From Psilocybe cubensis (lineage: Eukaryota): DNA of 64,000 bases. The notes under the pieces were generated by a model. That model saw only the letters and a program-made list of their open reading frames with translations. It searched no databases and was not told where the DNA came from. Shown piece after piece: positions 38,707 through 57,288 of the stretch. A program made the translations under genes and the position numbers. The stretch lies in NCBI GenBank assembly GCA_017499595.2, contig CM039003.1, forward strand, positions 496,001-560,000, written 5' to 3'. Position 1 is the first letter of the stretch, and each line of letters opens with the position of its first letter.

Positions 38707-40070
38707 ATGCCGAGCAGCTACCCATCTAGCATTCATATAACCTTTGGACTTCTTACTGTCGTTGTAGCAGCAAGTCTGGCCTGGAATGCATTTCGTGACT
38801 TTCGGGTAAAAAAAATAAGGTGCCCTAAAAGAGAGAAGGTTCGTTCATGTACTCTATCTTTGAGAAGTCCAATAAATTCTAGTTGTGGACAGCTACCTTA
38901 TACTTTATCGTCTTGGAGGGGACTTCACGACGAGCAGGAATATAATGATGTGTGGGACGAATTACGCCCTCTTCTCGAGAAACATGGATTTCGGCTTTGG
39001 AGAAGAGGCTTTGGCGCACAGAAATGGGATGAAGATTACCCTCAATGCGACAATTTTTTATATCTTACCCCACACAAATTGACGCGAAACATATCCTTGG
39101 TCAAGTGGAAATCGTTCCTTACAGCTCCTATTGGTTTACGACACGCAGCGCGCATGAATGGTGTACGCGACGTCGTTCTTCGTGTCATAGTAACCTCTGG
39201 AGAAGGTCAGGGACATTTACAAATATTAAAGCGTCTTTCTTCACCTCCAGATATTTTAATGAGCAACAACCATATTTTGCCCATACTATATGAGATTATC
39301 TTCCAGGACATCATTATCTTGGCTGTTCCCAAGCTCATTTTTAACCTGGAGGATGCCTGTCGGCCTGACAAATTCTCAAACTCGGTTGAAGACTTGTTGT
39401 ACATGGTTGTGCAGGCATTCGAAGTGAGTTGTTGTCATGGTCCATTTGGAAATTTCGATTTATCGTGCAATGTCATCTAGGGTACTGCATACCTTCATCG
39501 AAACCTCATCGCGCACCAGGTAAGTTTTCCAACCTTATCGGGGTCGATGCGTAATACAATCAATTTTAGGATCTTTTTTTAAACAATTTTATGGTCGAAT
39601 GGATGCCTGGGTCGCTCGCTGAGAGGACTTCAATGCTTCGACCACGAGTATACATCATTGACTTTGAGGTGGCTGTCGAGTTTCCCGAGGACTCAGAAGA
39701 GGCCGAGAGACTGTGTGATAAGTTTCCTTATCCCCTCGACATCTATGCTCGGTACGTTGCTCCGGAACTGGAGACTAATCAGGCATACTGTCCTTTCCGA
39801 CTGGACATGTGGCAGTTGGGTATGAATCTGAATATGGCTGTTGAGGTAAGCTCTCTTTGTCTTATGCCTTCATTGTAGCAAGCAGTGATAAATATTCATC
39901 AGACTGGATTGGAAGAAATTGACGCAATATGGCTAGGACTCTGTGCCCCATCTCCTAAAGATCGTTTGGATGCTGAAAACGCCTTGAAGGCCCTTGATGA
40001 GTATCTTAGAAAAACACCCTCCTTATATCTCCATAGAGAGCTACTGCCCCCCAAGGATGAAGATCTTTAG
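38707..40070 (+). CDS. AgaK1-like atypical kinase, paralog 3
   Basis: Hydrophobic N-anchor; RDVVLRVI, IAHQ/DLFLNNF, IDFEVAV, VAPEL, CPFRLDMWQLG, DRLDAENAL. Confidence 0.85.
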
Positions 40071-40452
40071 TCTATACATTGTTGTTGTCTGTTTTGTTGT
40101 CATTTTATTGTCAACTTATTTTTTACATTGTTATCTTCCTGACTCCGTGAGCCACTCAAAAGGCTTAAGTTTGGTGTCTGGATCGTGGAGGTACGTAGAC
40201 ACGGCAGGAATTCTCCATCTCAAACCAAGGACGTGAATACGGGATCATTAACCAACTCTGGAGATAAGCAATCGTAAATCATTATTCATCAGTAATGGTG
40301 ATACACGGGTATTCGAAGTTCAAATGAGGGAGATCTGAGACGGGAGAAAAAATGGCGGGTGAGGAACATGGCGAGGTATATGGGAGGGAATGCATGAGTA
40401 CAAATATAACGTGAGGATGGGACAATATAAAGATAAAAATGCCGGATATGAA

Positions 40453-45014
<4,562 letters not shown>

Positions 45015-45526
45015 CTTCACCTACGCCTTCAGAAAGCCCCCTTGTATTCAGTTATAGGTGCAAGGGATCTAATGGAAGATGGCAAGCAATGGGAGAGGGA
45101 AATGGTCGTAGTAGATTTCGGCAGTTTTGGTTGGGTTTGGGCAAACAATGAAATGAGGTCACGTCTGTGACAGACGCGACCGTGACGATGGTAGCGTGCT
45201 TCTAATTCCCGCGCTCGTGATACCATTGCCACCCGATCAACGGTTACCGGTTAAGCTTTAAGTTCGTCAGACATTTCGTTGAGGTTTAACTTCACACAAC
45301 TATATTTCTGGCTTAGCATTCGCGAAGTTTCACTCTGCCGCAGGCCCTGTTGGCATCTCAACAAAATTCATCAATGTTTATCAAATGTTCATTAATGTTC
45401 TGTCTGGCAGAGGTTACTTTCATTTTCACAATCCGATGTAGTAGTTCTTCTGGATACGATCTGGCTTTCTGGTCTTGTTCAACTAATCATATTTACACGT
45501 GAGACCGTCGTTTACTCGAATAGTTC

Positions 45527-45872
45527 CACGCCGGACAAAAATGCTGACCAGTTAGCCTGGGTGTTGTCCTGACCAGTGACGTGACTAGTACCGTGACCAA
45601 TTTCATAGTGTCACACATATGTTGTCACGCTAATTCATCATTAGCAGGCTCAACAGTAAATAACATATTACTTGATTGTTTAACATTTCTTCTTACTCCG
45701 CACTGAATTAAAACGCAAGACAATCAAATAATTTGCCATTTACTGTCGAGCCTACTAATAATGAATTAGCGTGACAATATATGTGTGACACTATGTAATT
45801 GGTCACGGTACTAGTCATGTCACTGGTCAGGACAACACCCAGGCTAACTGGTCAGCATTTTTGTCCGGCGTG
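45527..45872. mobile_element. MITE (346 bp) with ~134-bp terminal inverted repeats, CACTA/CMC-like
   Basis: CACGCCGGACAAAAATGCTGACC... and ...GGTCAGCATTTTTGTCCGGCGTG form near-perfect long TIRs; 3-bp TSD TTC at 45524-45526 and 45873-45875. Confidence 0.93.
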
Positions 45873-45875
45873 TTC

Positions 45876-46667
45876 TACTTTGGGTGGACTCGGCTCAATG
45901 CGTCTATTTGAATATAACACTATCGGAGTATAGAGGATCACTGCTCGGAACCAATAAGCTCTCTTTTTGTAGTTCAAGTGTGAGTTCGAAGTAGAAGAGG
46001 GACTTACGTGGTTTTCTGGAATGTTCGATTTAAGCAAGGGATCTTTGCATAAGTCCCGTCTGCGAATTCCAAACAATAGTATGCCTAAGAGACAGTGATT
46101 AGTTCGCGAAATAACAGGGGATGTTCATAGAACGTTATAACCACTGACCCCAGGTTTCTTGGAGCTCTCGAGTAAGCGTAGAAACTTTCCAACATAATAT
46201 TTTCCGTCCCATTTGAACTTTACATGCTCCTAACAAGGTGAGTTAACGTCAGTAAACGCTTCACTGAGATGAATGCAACCACTCACACCCTGGGACGGTT
46301 TAATCAAGTGAGAGTACTGTAGAGGAAAATCAGTACCCGTAGGTTATTTAGAATATGATGAGTGGATGGGTGCTTACCATCGTAAAACAATGGTATGGAT
46401 AAAGGTATGCTTGCTCAAAACCGGATGAGCGAAAAGGACAGAAAGGATCCCTCTTATATACTTTTTTTCTTCAAAATCAGGTCCTTGAAAATGAGAGTGT
46501 GTGTGATCAGAGAAAATCATAAAGGGAAAAAAGTTGTGAGCTCACACGCCCGTCAGAAGAAAGGGACATCCGACAGGTGGAGAATCAGATAGAAGTCGCT
46601 ATCTTCGAGACTCCCTCCTAGTGCTGGATCTGGCGTTCATAAAGCGGTCAATTAATATGTTATTCAT
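45876..46667 (-). pseudogene. Small multi-exon gene relic of unknown function
   Basis: A run of five ~55-60 bp GT...AG intron-like segments separating short coding-like exons (e.g. PDFEEKKYIRGILSVLFAHPVLSKHTFIHTIVLR), with in-frame TGA stops. Confidence 0.35.
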
Positions 46668-48053
46668 GCAGATTGACTCTATTCCATTGTAAAAAATTTG
46701 TTAGATAGGTAGTTTCACGATCTGTTACGTCCAACGTAATTAAAAATCACTGACTTTGTTCAATTTGGCACGAATTTACCAGAGGAAAGTAAACCTAAGC
46801 CAAGTCACCCAACCCAGCCCAACCCTAACCTGATTACCTCCGCTAGTCCGCCGCAACTGAGTCATTCACATCATTTTCACACACACCATTAGGTGTACCT
46901 TCAGTTATCGCTCAGGGAAAAAGAAAAATTAGTGATAGGTAGCTATAATCATCTCCACCACATTGCTAATATGCTGCAAAATATAGTCCGTGCATGCCAA
47001 AGTTTGAGCTTTCACATTAGTTCTCCCTTTAAGCGCCCACTGATGATGTACGTGTTAAATATGACTCGATCCTAACGAATCCCGTCCGTGATTCATTTCT
47101 CTTAAACTTTCTTTTTTCACGGTATTATAGCATCTAAACATCTCAATTTCTGATCAAGGTTGTATTCATGAACGCTCACACACTGATTTGATGGATTAAC
47201 TGGTAGGCATTCTTATTGTACGCCGCAAAAAATTAAATAGGGATGGAAGCTCGCTTATCATGCCACTGTTCACTGAATCACGGAGAAAGAGTGTTCCAGA
47301 AGTGCATAAAATCCAAACTGCGATTGGAATCGTGTCAAAAGAGACTGATTACGATATTTCTGCAGTCCTTTCCATATGATACATTCACAGCGTTCTTGTT
47401 TTTGGGTTCTTTGATTTCCATGATGACAGACGTATGTAAATCCATAGTAAGGTGTACGACGGTATTATACTTATATAACTGCGCTTCTTTTTCTGTAAAC
47501 CAATCATATGTAGTAACATTTTATGTCCACCGTTAGTTATTAAAGTAAGTCGGCGGACATAAGGGAGTGACCGTTTCGCCACTCAACCAACTTCTAGAGA
47601 CCATTGTACCGTAACTGAATGTTTGACTCATAGGGGTGGCCCTGCAAGTCGTAGACTCATCTTCCCACATGATAATGCACGCCGTTGCAGCCGGTTGTCT
47701 CAATGGCGTGAATGCGGCCGTCGCTTAGCAGTCCATTCGACATGCAATAACAATGTTGCAAAGTAGAGATGCACCTGCACCTTTAATCTATGGGAGTAGC
47801 CTTTCTGTTGGAAAGAGGTTGAATACTCTTAGCAATGGCAATCTAATTTTCTCCTTCAATTCGAATCCCTATTCTGACGCGAAGTTGTCTGATGTGATCA
47901 ACATCACAAAAGTTACTTTTAGTCGAAATTTAACCTAACGTAAACCGTCAAAGCCAACCAAAATCCGATCAATCAATACCCCAATCAATTGTTAAATAAG
48001 ATTCAACACTTTTTGCAGACGTGGCAATTAATAGCTAACTCGTCCGTTTTCCT

Positions 48054-49410
48054 ATGCCTGACAACAATTCTACCTATGCATACGTTCATCTTGGATTGCT
48101 CACCGTCGCCACTCTCGTCTGCCTATTTTCATCCGGAATAGCCACGTTCACTGAGCCGGAGAAGCTGGTTCGCCGAAGTAAGGTATGCCTGTAGTTCATT
48201 TGTGTAATTTAACCTTTATTTACTGAACGCAACTAGTTACCTACTGAACTACGAGACTGGAGAAACCTTGACGAAGAAGACTACGATGCTGCATGGGATG
48301 AACTCCTTCCCTTGTTCAAGAAGCATGGTTATCAGCTATGGAAAAGAGGACCCGGTTTACAATCACATAGTGGAGGGCATTTGCCTTGCGATAATTTTCT
48401 TTTCCTGACTCCAGACAAAACCAAAAACATTTCCATTGTCAGATGGCCCCACTTTATAAACTTCAATGGACTCTCACATGCCGCACGCAGCATAAATGCA
48501 AAGCGGGATGCTATTCTGCGTCTAGTAGCTTCTGGTGGCCAGGGCGGGACCCATTTACGAATCATGCGACGGTTGTCTTCTCCTCCGGACATCCTCATGA
48601 GCAACAACCACATCCTCCCTTTCATAGACGAGATCTCGTATCAAGATATAGTTGTTCTTTCGTTCCCGAAGCTTATATCCTCTCTGCAAGAGTGCCTCGA
48701 TACCGCAAGAGACAATTCCGTTGAAGATATTCTTTACATGGTCGCGCAAACCTTTGAGGTACATTCTGTTTCAAATTACAATCCAATATTTACTCATGCA
48801 CTCACAGGGCGCAGCTTACTTGCATCGAAAGTTGATAGGTCATCGGGTAAGAGTACTGTCCATTGAGAAGAAGGGGTTCGCTGCACAACATCATTCTCCA
48901 GGACTTGTTCCTGAACAACATCATGGTTGAATGGATGCCGGCTTCCTTACGGGAAAGAAGAATCAACAGACCCCGTGTATACATCATAGACTTCGAGACT
49001 GCTGTAGATTTTAGTGATGACAGTGCAGAGTCGGAGCGCCTGTGCAAGGAACATCCTTTCGCTGGTATTGTTGACATCGATACATATGGCCGACCAGTTG
49101 CCCCAGAGCTAAGTGGCGAGATCCAGCCTTACTGCCCTTTCAAGCTTGATATGTGGCAACTTGGCTCCGACCTGAATGACTACGTGCAAGTTCGTATCAT
49201 CTATTTCTTTTTTTACTCGATGGACCTAACCCTTTGATGTAGACGGGGCTCAAGGAAGTAGATGAGTTTTGGACGACTTTAGTCTCACCGATACCCGATA
49301 GTCGAGTGACAGCTGCAGATGCACTGACATTTCTTCATGAATATTTACTCAGGACCTCTCCCTCCGAGCTTCATCGACCGCTGCCTGAACAGGTTTCTGT
49401 GACCCAGTAA
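48054..49410 (+). CDS. AgaK1-like atypical kinase, paralog 4
   Basis: Hydrophobic N-anchor; KRDAILRLV, NHILPF, IGHR/DLFLNNI, IDFETAV, VAPEL, CPFKLDMWQLG; stop TAA 49408-49410. Confidence 0.85.
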
Positions 49411-49965
49411 GCGCATCAGATATTTTTCTGAATCGTAAATATTGTTATCTCTCGAGGTTGTTACCGTAGAGCCCCTGTCGTTCTTGGGTGTATCGCAGTC
49501 AGAGACAAGGGCAGTGGTTAGCATTACAATTCAATGATCATTGTTAAGCAAGTGCCTACCAAATTTGTATTATAAACAAGTCTATGAAGTAAACCCTTCC
49601 TCAACTTATTTCTGAGATTGTCCAAATGCACCATATCCGAATTGGAAGCAAGGGTGGGTTTGGGTCTTGGCCAAACAATCTGCTTCAGGTGGGTTCAACG
49701 CAACAATCATTGATATTTTTCGACGTCAGATTTTTATCGATTAAGGTATATCAAGAATAAACGGTGTATTTGAATGTTATAGTGTTTACATATTTTATGA
49801 AGGTTGCATATTTTATGGAATTCGTTGACCCATGATGCATGGCGTTCTACTAGTACTTGCGAATAAAATAGTGATTCTTTTCTACATCTGTGGAAGCCTA
49901 ATTCCTTAAACACAAATAGCATAGATAGACATAGATATCTGCAAGTAAAAAGACAAATTTTAATG

Positions 49966-52423
49966 TCAAGTGAGGGGAAAGCTTAATTTGGCGTACCAAT
50001 TAGGGGGTGTGCTTGATCTTGTGCTAGAGAAGGTAGCAGTATCAAAGCGCGCAGCATGGCGCTTTTCGCGTGCCTCGGCGTTTTCGCGCCACTTTGTCCC
50101 TTTCAACCAGACTAAGACGACAATCGCACTGTTGAGCAGCAGGATGCCAGTCCAAATGGTGTACATCAAACCTAAATAAAACGTTAGGATAAGTTGGACA
50201 CCTTTCTTGTAAGAAGCAGCTCACCGTCACCAACGCCGCTCTGTAACAAAGAATTAGAAAGTTGAATGTTTAACGATGTCTTTTAACCGAACCTGAAGAG
50301 GAACAGCAACTTCTGTGCCGATAAAGGCAAAAATTCCACGGAAACAACTGTTTGCTGCCACAGCGGTCGACGAACGTCCAACATTTGCATCAACAACATA
50401 TGCTAGTGTACTCGAGTAGATCCAACTAAATAATGGGAGTTAGGTACCACATGTCGGATTGAACAAAGCGCTATACTTACATGTAGACAAAACCTCCGAA
50501 GAACAGAAAGAAAGAAATCGCGACAACATTATGGATCTTGTCGCAAAGCCACCCAAATCCAAGTACAATACATGGGAGCATAATCAAACCCGGGAGTGTA
50601 CTCTTGAGTCTCATCTAATTGTGGCGAGCCTTAGTGAATTGGGATTGGGAAAAGCCAGACAATGAATTCTCACCTCTGCGTAGGCTTTCCCGCCATTGGC
50701 TTCCCGGATAAGTCTGAGTTGGCGGTCAGACCACCTTCCTCCAAGAAGGCTGCCCATAACGCTCCCTAGGGATGTGTGAGAGATCAATACGAGATTTGTT
50801 AAAAGAACAACAAACGTACCAGCTCCGTAGCTGATGGTGACAAGACCGATTTTTAGAGGGCTGTATCCATAGGTATCACCAAGCCTCCTTGAAGTTGCAT
50901 ATGACAACTGGAATCCGAAGGCGTAGAGAAGACCTAAAGTTTGTTAGACGATTGATGCCCTAGAAATCTGCCATACACATACCAGATGTAAGGAGAATGA
51001 GGAAATTGTTAGGCCTTCGAAGGACAAGCCACATTGGCTTGAGGGGATTAACATCCCTCAGAGTTAGGGTTATCTTTGGCAGTTCGTTGAAGTCTTGAGT
51101 GTTTTCTTCGGTTTTGACGGTGGTCTTTTCAATGTCGATGACATTGATATCCGATTTGTTGGCTTGCACAACCTTTCCAACCATTGGCGAGGGCTTGCCC
51201 TTGATCAGGTCGCCGCTAATAGCAGCAGCATACAAACGTTGTTTAAGAACATTTTGGTAGGTTAGACTACGCTCCGGTCGGAAGGTATCGTGGAAGAAAA
51301 GCACGAAAGCTATCAAGCATGTGCCGCATAGAATAGCAAGGAACCAGAAAATAGCGCGCCAGCTCCAGATTGTCGTAAGAATACCACCGAAGATCGGCCC
51401 AAGAGCCTGATATACCGGGTTGACGTCAATAGTGAACGGGGAAGTAATTGAGTCAGGAACAACTTACCGGACCCAGCAAAGGCGCAACGTAATAGATACC
51501 CATCTGTGTAGTATTAACGGTATCAGTACCAAATTCGTCCCATGATGCAATTCTAATTCAAACCTTTCGACCACGTTCTTCTGGTTCAAAAATATCTGCA
51601 AGTGATGCGGCGCCTATCGCCATCACCGCGCTTGACCTGGTTAAGACCGTTAGTTTAATGAAAGTGCATTGTGAATTGAGATTACGTTACCCTGCAGCTT
51701 GAAGGCATCGAAATCCAATAACACTATCGATATCGCGTTAAATAATTTCTGGTTAGAGATTTCTATTGACTTACGGGCCAATGTGCTGACTCAGAGCGAC
51801 AACGATACTTCCAAGTGCGAAGAGAGCCAGGGAGAGGGAGTAGACAAGCTGACGAGCGTGGTTTGTAAGGAACTAGACTACGCGATAGTGAGAGTGTACA
51901 CACCTTGCGACCCTTAACTTCACTGATCGAACTCCAAATGACTGGCATGAGACCTTGAACCAAAATAAACATGGAAATGCTCAAACTAAATTGAGCAGGA
52001 GTTGCAGGAAGCTCCGCTTCCATTTGCTCAACAGCCGCTACCCAACCCGGATGTTAGACACGATCTGGAGACATAAAATTAGCAGCTTACGATTCTGAAT
52101 ATTTGCGGCCAGCGCAGCAACCATCGCGGCAACGGCAATGAGGAACAAGATGCAATTCTAATGTAGGCAACTTAAGGTTTGAATATAGCGTAGACGAAAA
52201 AGTAAAGTTTGCTGACCTTTCGGAGTGAAGACCAAGTACGCGGGTCGTTCTCGACAGGCATATGCTCGATATCAAAGGTCGGGACCGGCGGAACTACAAC
52301 TGTCGAAGTGGTACTAAGAGCCATAGATGCTACCGTTGCAGATTTGACAAGAGGCGGCCGAGCGGGTTCTACAGTCGCCATAGCTGGCACCTGGGTAATG
52401 CTATTTGATTGCTTGATGGGCAT
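49966..52423 (-). CDS. MFS drug:H+ antiporter (DHA1-like)
   Basis: ENDPRTWSSLRK, FILVQGLMPVIWSSISEVKGRK, ASLADIFEPEERGR, GSLLGGRWSDR, AYVVDANVGRSS...NSCFRG; 12-TM-like profile. Confidence 0.88.
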
Positions 52424-54178
52424 GATGAGTCGTAAATGAAGTCGTTTCGTAAAGAGAAGAATAGAACGAATATGATATGCGAGAATAAAGGAGCCCACAG
52501 GGCCCTTTTGTTGGTGGGGAAGTTTGTGAGGAGAAAAAGTCTCGAAGACTAGTCCAGAATTTATAGACGTTTCCCTGAACAAAACTAGAAGTATCCGCGT
52601 TTTGCGCACACCAGGATGATTGAAGCATTCCGGTATCGACGCCGCCAACTGGTAAAGCAGAAAGGAATACGAGCTTGTCACCACAAAACACTGGCGATCG
52701 ACTCGTATTCCCCACTGTCTGTCGGCCTTGAGGTATGAGAATACGTTACAACAGGCTATCCTGGAGGTCCAGGGACCATGTCATCAGCACAAATGGCGCC
52801 TATGCGACTTTTCTCCACCTACGGGTCAGTATTGCGTCAGACAGGAAGAATACGGAACGAGACGCATCACTGCTTGCAGGCTCTCAAGAACCTGAAACAT
52901 CCTTCAGTAAGAGAAAAGTGCTGGATAACAATTTTCACAAAAAGGTTCTCGGTTCCTTACAAGTTTAAGCAGCGCCGAAGGGGTTGGCGTAGCATGCGGT
53001 CAATCTTCGGATATGAACGGCAATCCTGCAGTAGAGTCGTGTGCAGTAAGTGTGGCTAGTTCTGCGGAAAGCGCTGGAGATTCACCTGAGTTCTACAAAA
53101 AAGCGAGGAGCAATCCGGCAGCCGGCATGAAAGAGTCGTCGATAATAATAGAAACTAACATTGTAACCTCAAGCCAGATCGTACACCTATAATTATAATA
53201 GCTACGGTGCTGCCTTCGCAATGTTTAGTAATAAGGCAGCAATGATGCCGAAATGAATCAAGAAACACCCAATCATCGTGAAGTAAAATGAAGAATGTTC
53301 GAACGTGCGCAATATTGTTAAAGAGACATGTACTGCGCTCGTCGAATCTAGCGTTGCCCAGAGGGATTGGGGGATACATGTTGAGGTATTGAAGCAGTAT
53401 CCAGTGCAACCTCAGTGACAGTCGTGGAGCGCTATTTTTGCCGGGACTCTTTAGTCGCCCATGCCCACGCGCAATGACTGATGAAATCCATGGGATCCTA
53501 GGAAGTGGAGGTTTTCAGCACGGCATCCATCCTGTGCACCCACTTACAAGCTCACCGACGCACGAAGGTAACCTTTCTGCCTTGAAACACAATCCGATCC
53601 ACCACATCGGAATCCAAATTTGCAGCCTGCATAAGGATATCAGTCAAGTAGAGCGCACTCAGCAAAACCCGAATCCAAAGTGAGATCTGAAATGATGACT
53701 TCAAGATCACGCTCAGGCGGTGGACAACAGTGAGCATGACCGATTTCACCCGATTTTCAACACAGGTCAGTAGTAATGTAGCAGTTAGCTATGCACGTCA
53801 CAAAGAAAGATTGAAGAAAGGCTAAAAATCAGCCTACCACGCGCCACGGCAAAGATTAAACCGATTTTTTACACTTGACACACTGGAAAGAAAAGAAGTG
53901 CATGCAACAATTCATCCCGCGCTGGCGACGTCAGGTCAATGGCATTACATAATTTGAAAGATAAATCAAAGTGTTGGGCGTCGTAAGAAGTCGGAAGGGT
54001 AGGGTGCTGCTGCTTATCAAAATGAGGCAGAAAATATGAGAAACGGCAACCACGTTTGGTAGTGCACAGGGAGCTTCGACGCGTGTGCCAAATAAGCGGC
54101 TTGGTCGTGTGCACAGTTCGTGATCATTTCTCAAAGTTAGCAGCCGGTCCGACGGTCCACAAAAAGTAGAATCTGTCG

Positions 54179-57100
54179 TCACTTGAAAGTATGCGACTGA
54201 TTTCCACTTTTTAATTCACTGTGTGCTTTTGGGGGTGCGGGGAAATCGCCATAGAAAGTTCCTGCTATAAAAAAGCGAGAGGAAGATATTAAGTGTCACA
54301 TACACGCAAAAGTAACTGAAAGCAACACACCTTTGGCAGGTTGCTTCCTTTGTCGCTTCTTTTTCCTATCTTCAAGATCAGGATTATCGTCAAGGATGTT
54401 AGGTACAGCCGAGAAGTCGAAATGCTCCATCTCTGCTGGTTTGTCAGAGTCTAACTTAGCTACTCTCTCATCTTTGCTCGCAGAGTCGTTGAGATCGCCT
54501 CCCGCTGTAAAGGTAGCTTTGGCTTCTTTACGTTTACGCTTCTGCCTGGCTTGACCGACAACGACGATGGTATCCTTTTCCTCTTTGATTGGTTTGCTTT
54601 GACGCTGAGCCGGAGCCACGTATGGAATCTCAACCTGCATGCCTGATGCTCCTTCTTCCTTGATGGAAGGCTCAGCTGGGGTATCGACAGCCGCTTGGAG
54701 CGAGGCAATTCCCACCTAATATATCATACATCAATTAACATTTCCTGATATCCGGGGGTGCTAGGAATGGGAGGGGAAAAATACCTGAGGAATAGCAGGG
54801 GCCATGGAGAAGCTGCGATTAATTTTTGCTACTAAATCGTCAAATTGGGGGTGGCCAGAACGATGTCCCGAAGATGCAGCAGACGACTGGACATTTGGGA
54901 ACGAGTTTAATTTGGGAACAATTTGCAATGGATGAAAACAATCGCACTTGCCTTCTTTCCAACTCCGTTGCCGAACAACGTGCTCACAGATGTTGCGAAC
55001 CTAGCAGAAGCAATAGGAACTTTCGAGGAGGATCTGGTGGTCCCAAACAACGTAGAACGAGACGTCGAATGTCCTTGGTCCACCGCTGTTGCAATATTAG
55101 CTCCACGCGCACCGAAATGGGAAGGTATAAACGACACACATTGACCCCAGATACTCGTCGAGGGTGTTTCGTCTTTCTCTAAATTCTTCATTTCTGCCTC
55201 GAGCATTACGACGTCTTTCCTTTTTTCTTCTGCTTGGGGCACGGGCTCTGGTCGATCATCTGCGCTACCCTGACCACTCATACGGGACACGACCATGCCT
55301 CGCTTTACCGAATCTTTGATGACACTCAATAATTCTCTGGCTCGTCTTTTCACAACAGGCGGAACAGACGATCTGAATAGAGCCAGTAATGCTGCCATAT
55401 CCGCGGGAGGTTGCTCCGCAATGAGAAACAAGGCATGGTTCTGTAACACGTATCTGCAAGGGTCGAGAATGGTTAGGTGAAAGGGAAAAGGGAAGAGAAG
55501 GGAAGAGAAGGAGTGAAGGTAACCATCGCACCTTGTACTTTCATCTTCCTCTCGAGCAACACGCTCTCTCCATCCATGTACGCTCTTGTAAACCTCTCTC
55601 TGCAGAGCACCGACACCAACCCCGGGTCCCCCCGCAGTCAACGCGACTTTGTTCCACTTTTTTGCAAGTGTGTCCCAACCTCCGCTGCCGGTCCCATCTG
55701 TAGCGTCGTAAGGTTCTTTCGAATAAACTCTCAGCGAAGTTTCAGCTGAGCGCGATAAAGTTTCATCGAGCAGCCCCTGTGGTGGTGATGGTGTCGAAGA
55801 GGAAGCGAGTGGCGGTGGCGACGCCGAGGCCGCTCGGGACTGGGACTGGGACCTCGACCGGTCCAAAAGTGCGTTCCGAAGGTTGTCGTAGATGTACAAC
55901 AAGAAGTGAGTGTCTGAGCGAGCATACTTGAGCATGTCTTCGGGAAGAGGGCGAATTCGCCAATCGGCCAGTTGATATCGTTTGTCTGGGACGAAATCGC
56001 AATACATTTCGAGGAGGTTGGCCAGTCCATGTCGAGGGAATTCTGTGAGAAAAGCGATGAGAAATTTGTAGTCACATAAGGTTCGTTGTTGTACCTAGAA
56101 GTTTGGATGCATGGAACGTATCGAAGAGGTTGACGATGTATACGTTGAAGTCTTGCTGCAACCACACGATATCGCTATCTGCACCATGGAAGACCTGAAA
56201 CTCTCACGACAAAGTTTTTTTCTTGCCAACGGGAAGTTAACTCACCTTAACAATTTCTGGATTCGTAAACACCTCGTTCAAGCTCTCAATCTCACTCCGC
56301 AGTGTCAAAAGATCGATTATCCAATCCTCCTCTCTGTCGCTGATCTGCATGAGGCACAGGAATCCCGAGTACGAGCGGTAGCTGTGGTGTTCCAGATCGA
56401 CTGCAATTTCCGTTGCCTTGCGCAATTTGTCCAACATGCGAGCGAAGTCTTCTTTAGTTCCGACCCATGTTGCTTGGGTATCCTCAAGAGATGGTGGTTG
56501 AATGGGCGTGCACTGGGTGAACATCCGCGGGGGGTAATTGAGGTGTGTGATTTCGTATCGATACGGATGGTTGGAACTGAATACTTGACGTCAATCTGGT
56601 TACTTGCACTGTATTAAAAATGCTCACATAATTCCGGTGTCGTTTTCGTCAGTATAGATGTGTCCGAGAGGTACTTTTGCGTTGTATTTGTGGGACAGTG
56701 TTGGATACCATGGCGAATCGGAGTTGTCAGCTTTCTTGGGGAAAAGTAGCTGTGGTTTTGAAAGGTTGGCAGCGTGCTGCACGACATGTCCTTTTTCTCC
56801 AGTATGGGATTTCTGCATCATGGTTTATTATATGAACTTTGGAGTCGTTATTCCGCGAACCTTTGGTTTAGGCGGGTTAATGGCGATCGCAGGGGCCTTG
56901 TTTTTTCCCCAGAATTCATCGAGGCAGATATCCTGGAATGTTATATTAGTTACTATTTTAACCAATTCCAAAAACAACGCACCGTCCTTTCCAGTAATTG
57001 ATCCATCGAGTCCACAACAAGAGCATGAAAGTTGTCCACCACATCGTCTTCATTCTCCAATTTGGCCTTTCCTTTACGACTCTGCGTTGATACAAGCCCA

Positions 57101-57288
57101 AGAAGCTTGTTGGTTACGCCAAGGACTCGTTGAGAAAATGCGTCCAGTTCTTGTTCGAGATCTCTGTCCATTGATCGATGAAAAGCAAGGTCAGCTGGTA
57201 GACCCGCAGATTTGCGCGTCGCGGTCAATGCTGATGCTTGAAGACGTGCATTGTAGGCATCAAAAGAGGTGGAAGCGAGTGAGTCCAT
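54179..57288 (-). CDS. RRP6: Nuclear exosome 3'-5' exonuclease Rrp6 (PMC2NT, DEDD exonuclease, HRDC)
   Basis: [59 protein letters not shown]...[26 protein letters not shown]; stop TGA 54179-54181. Confidence 0.95.

Noticed and set aside
53155..53760. Possible gene relic between the DHA1 MFS and RRP6
   Set aside because: Short frames with multiple stops and no identifiable motif
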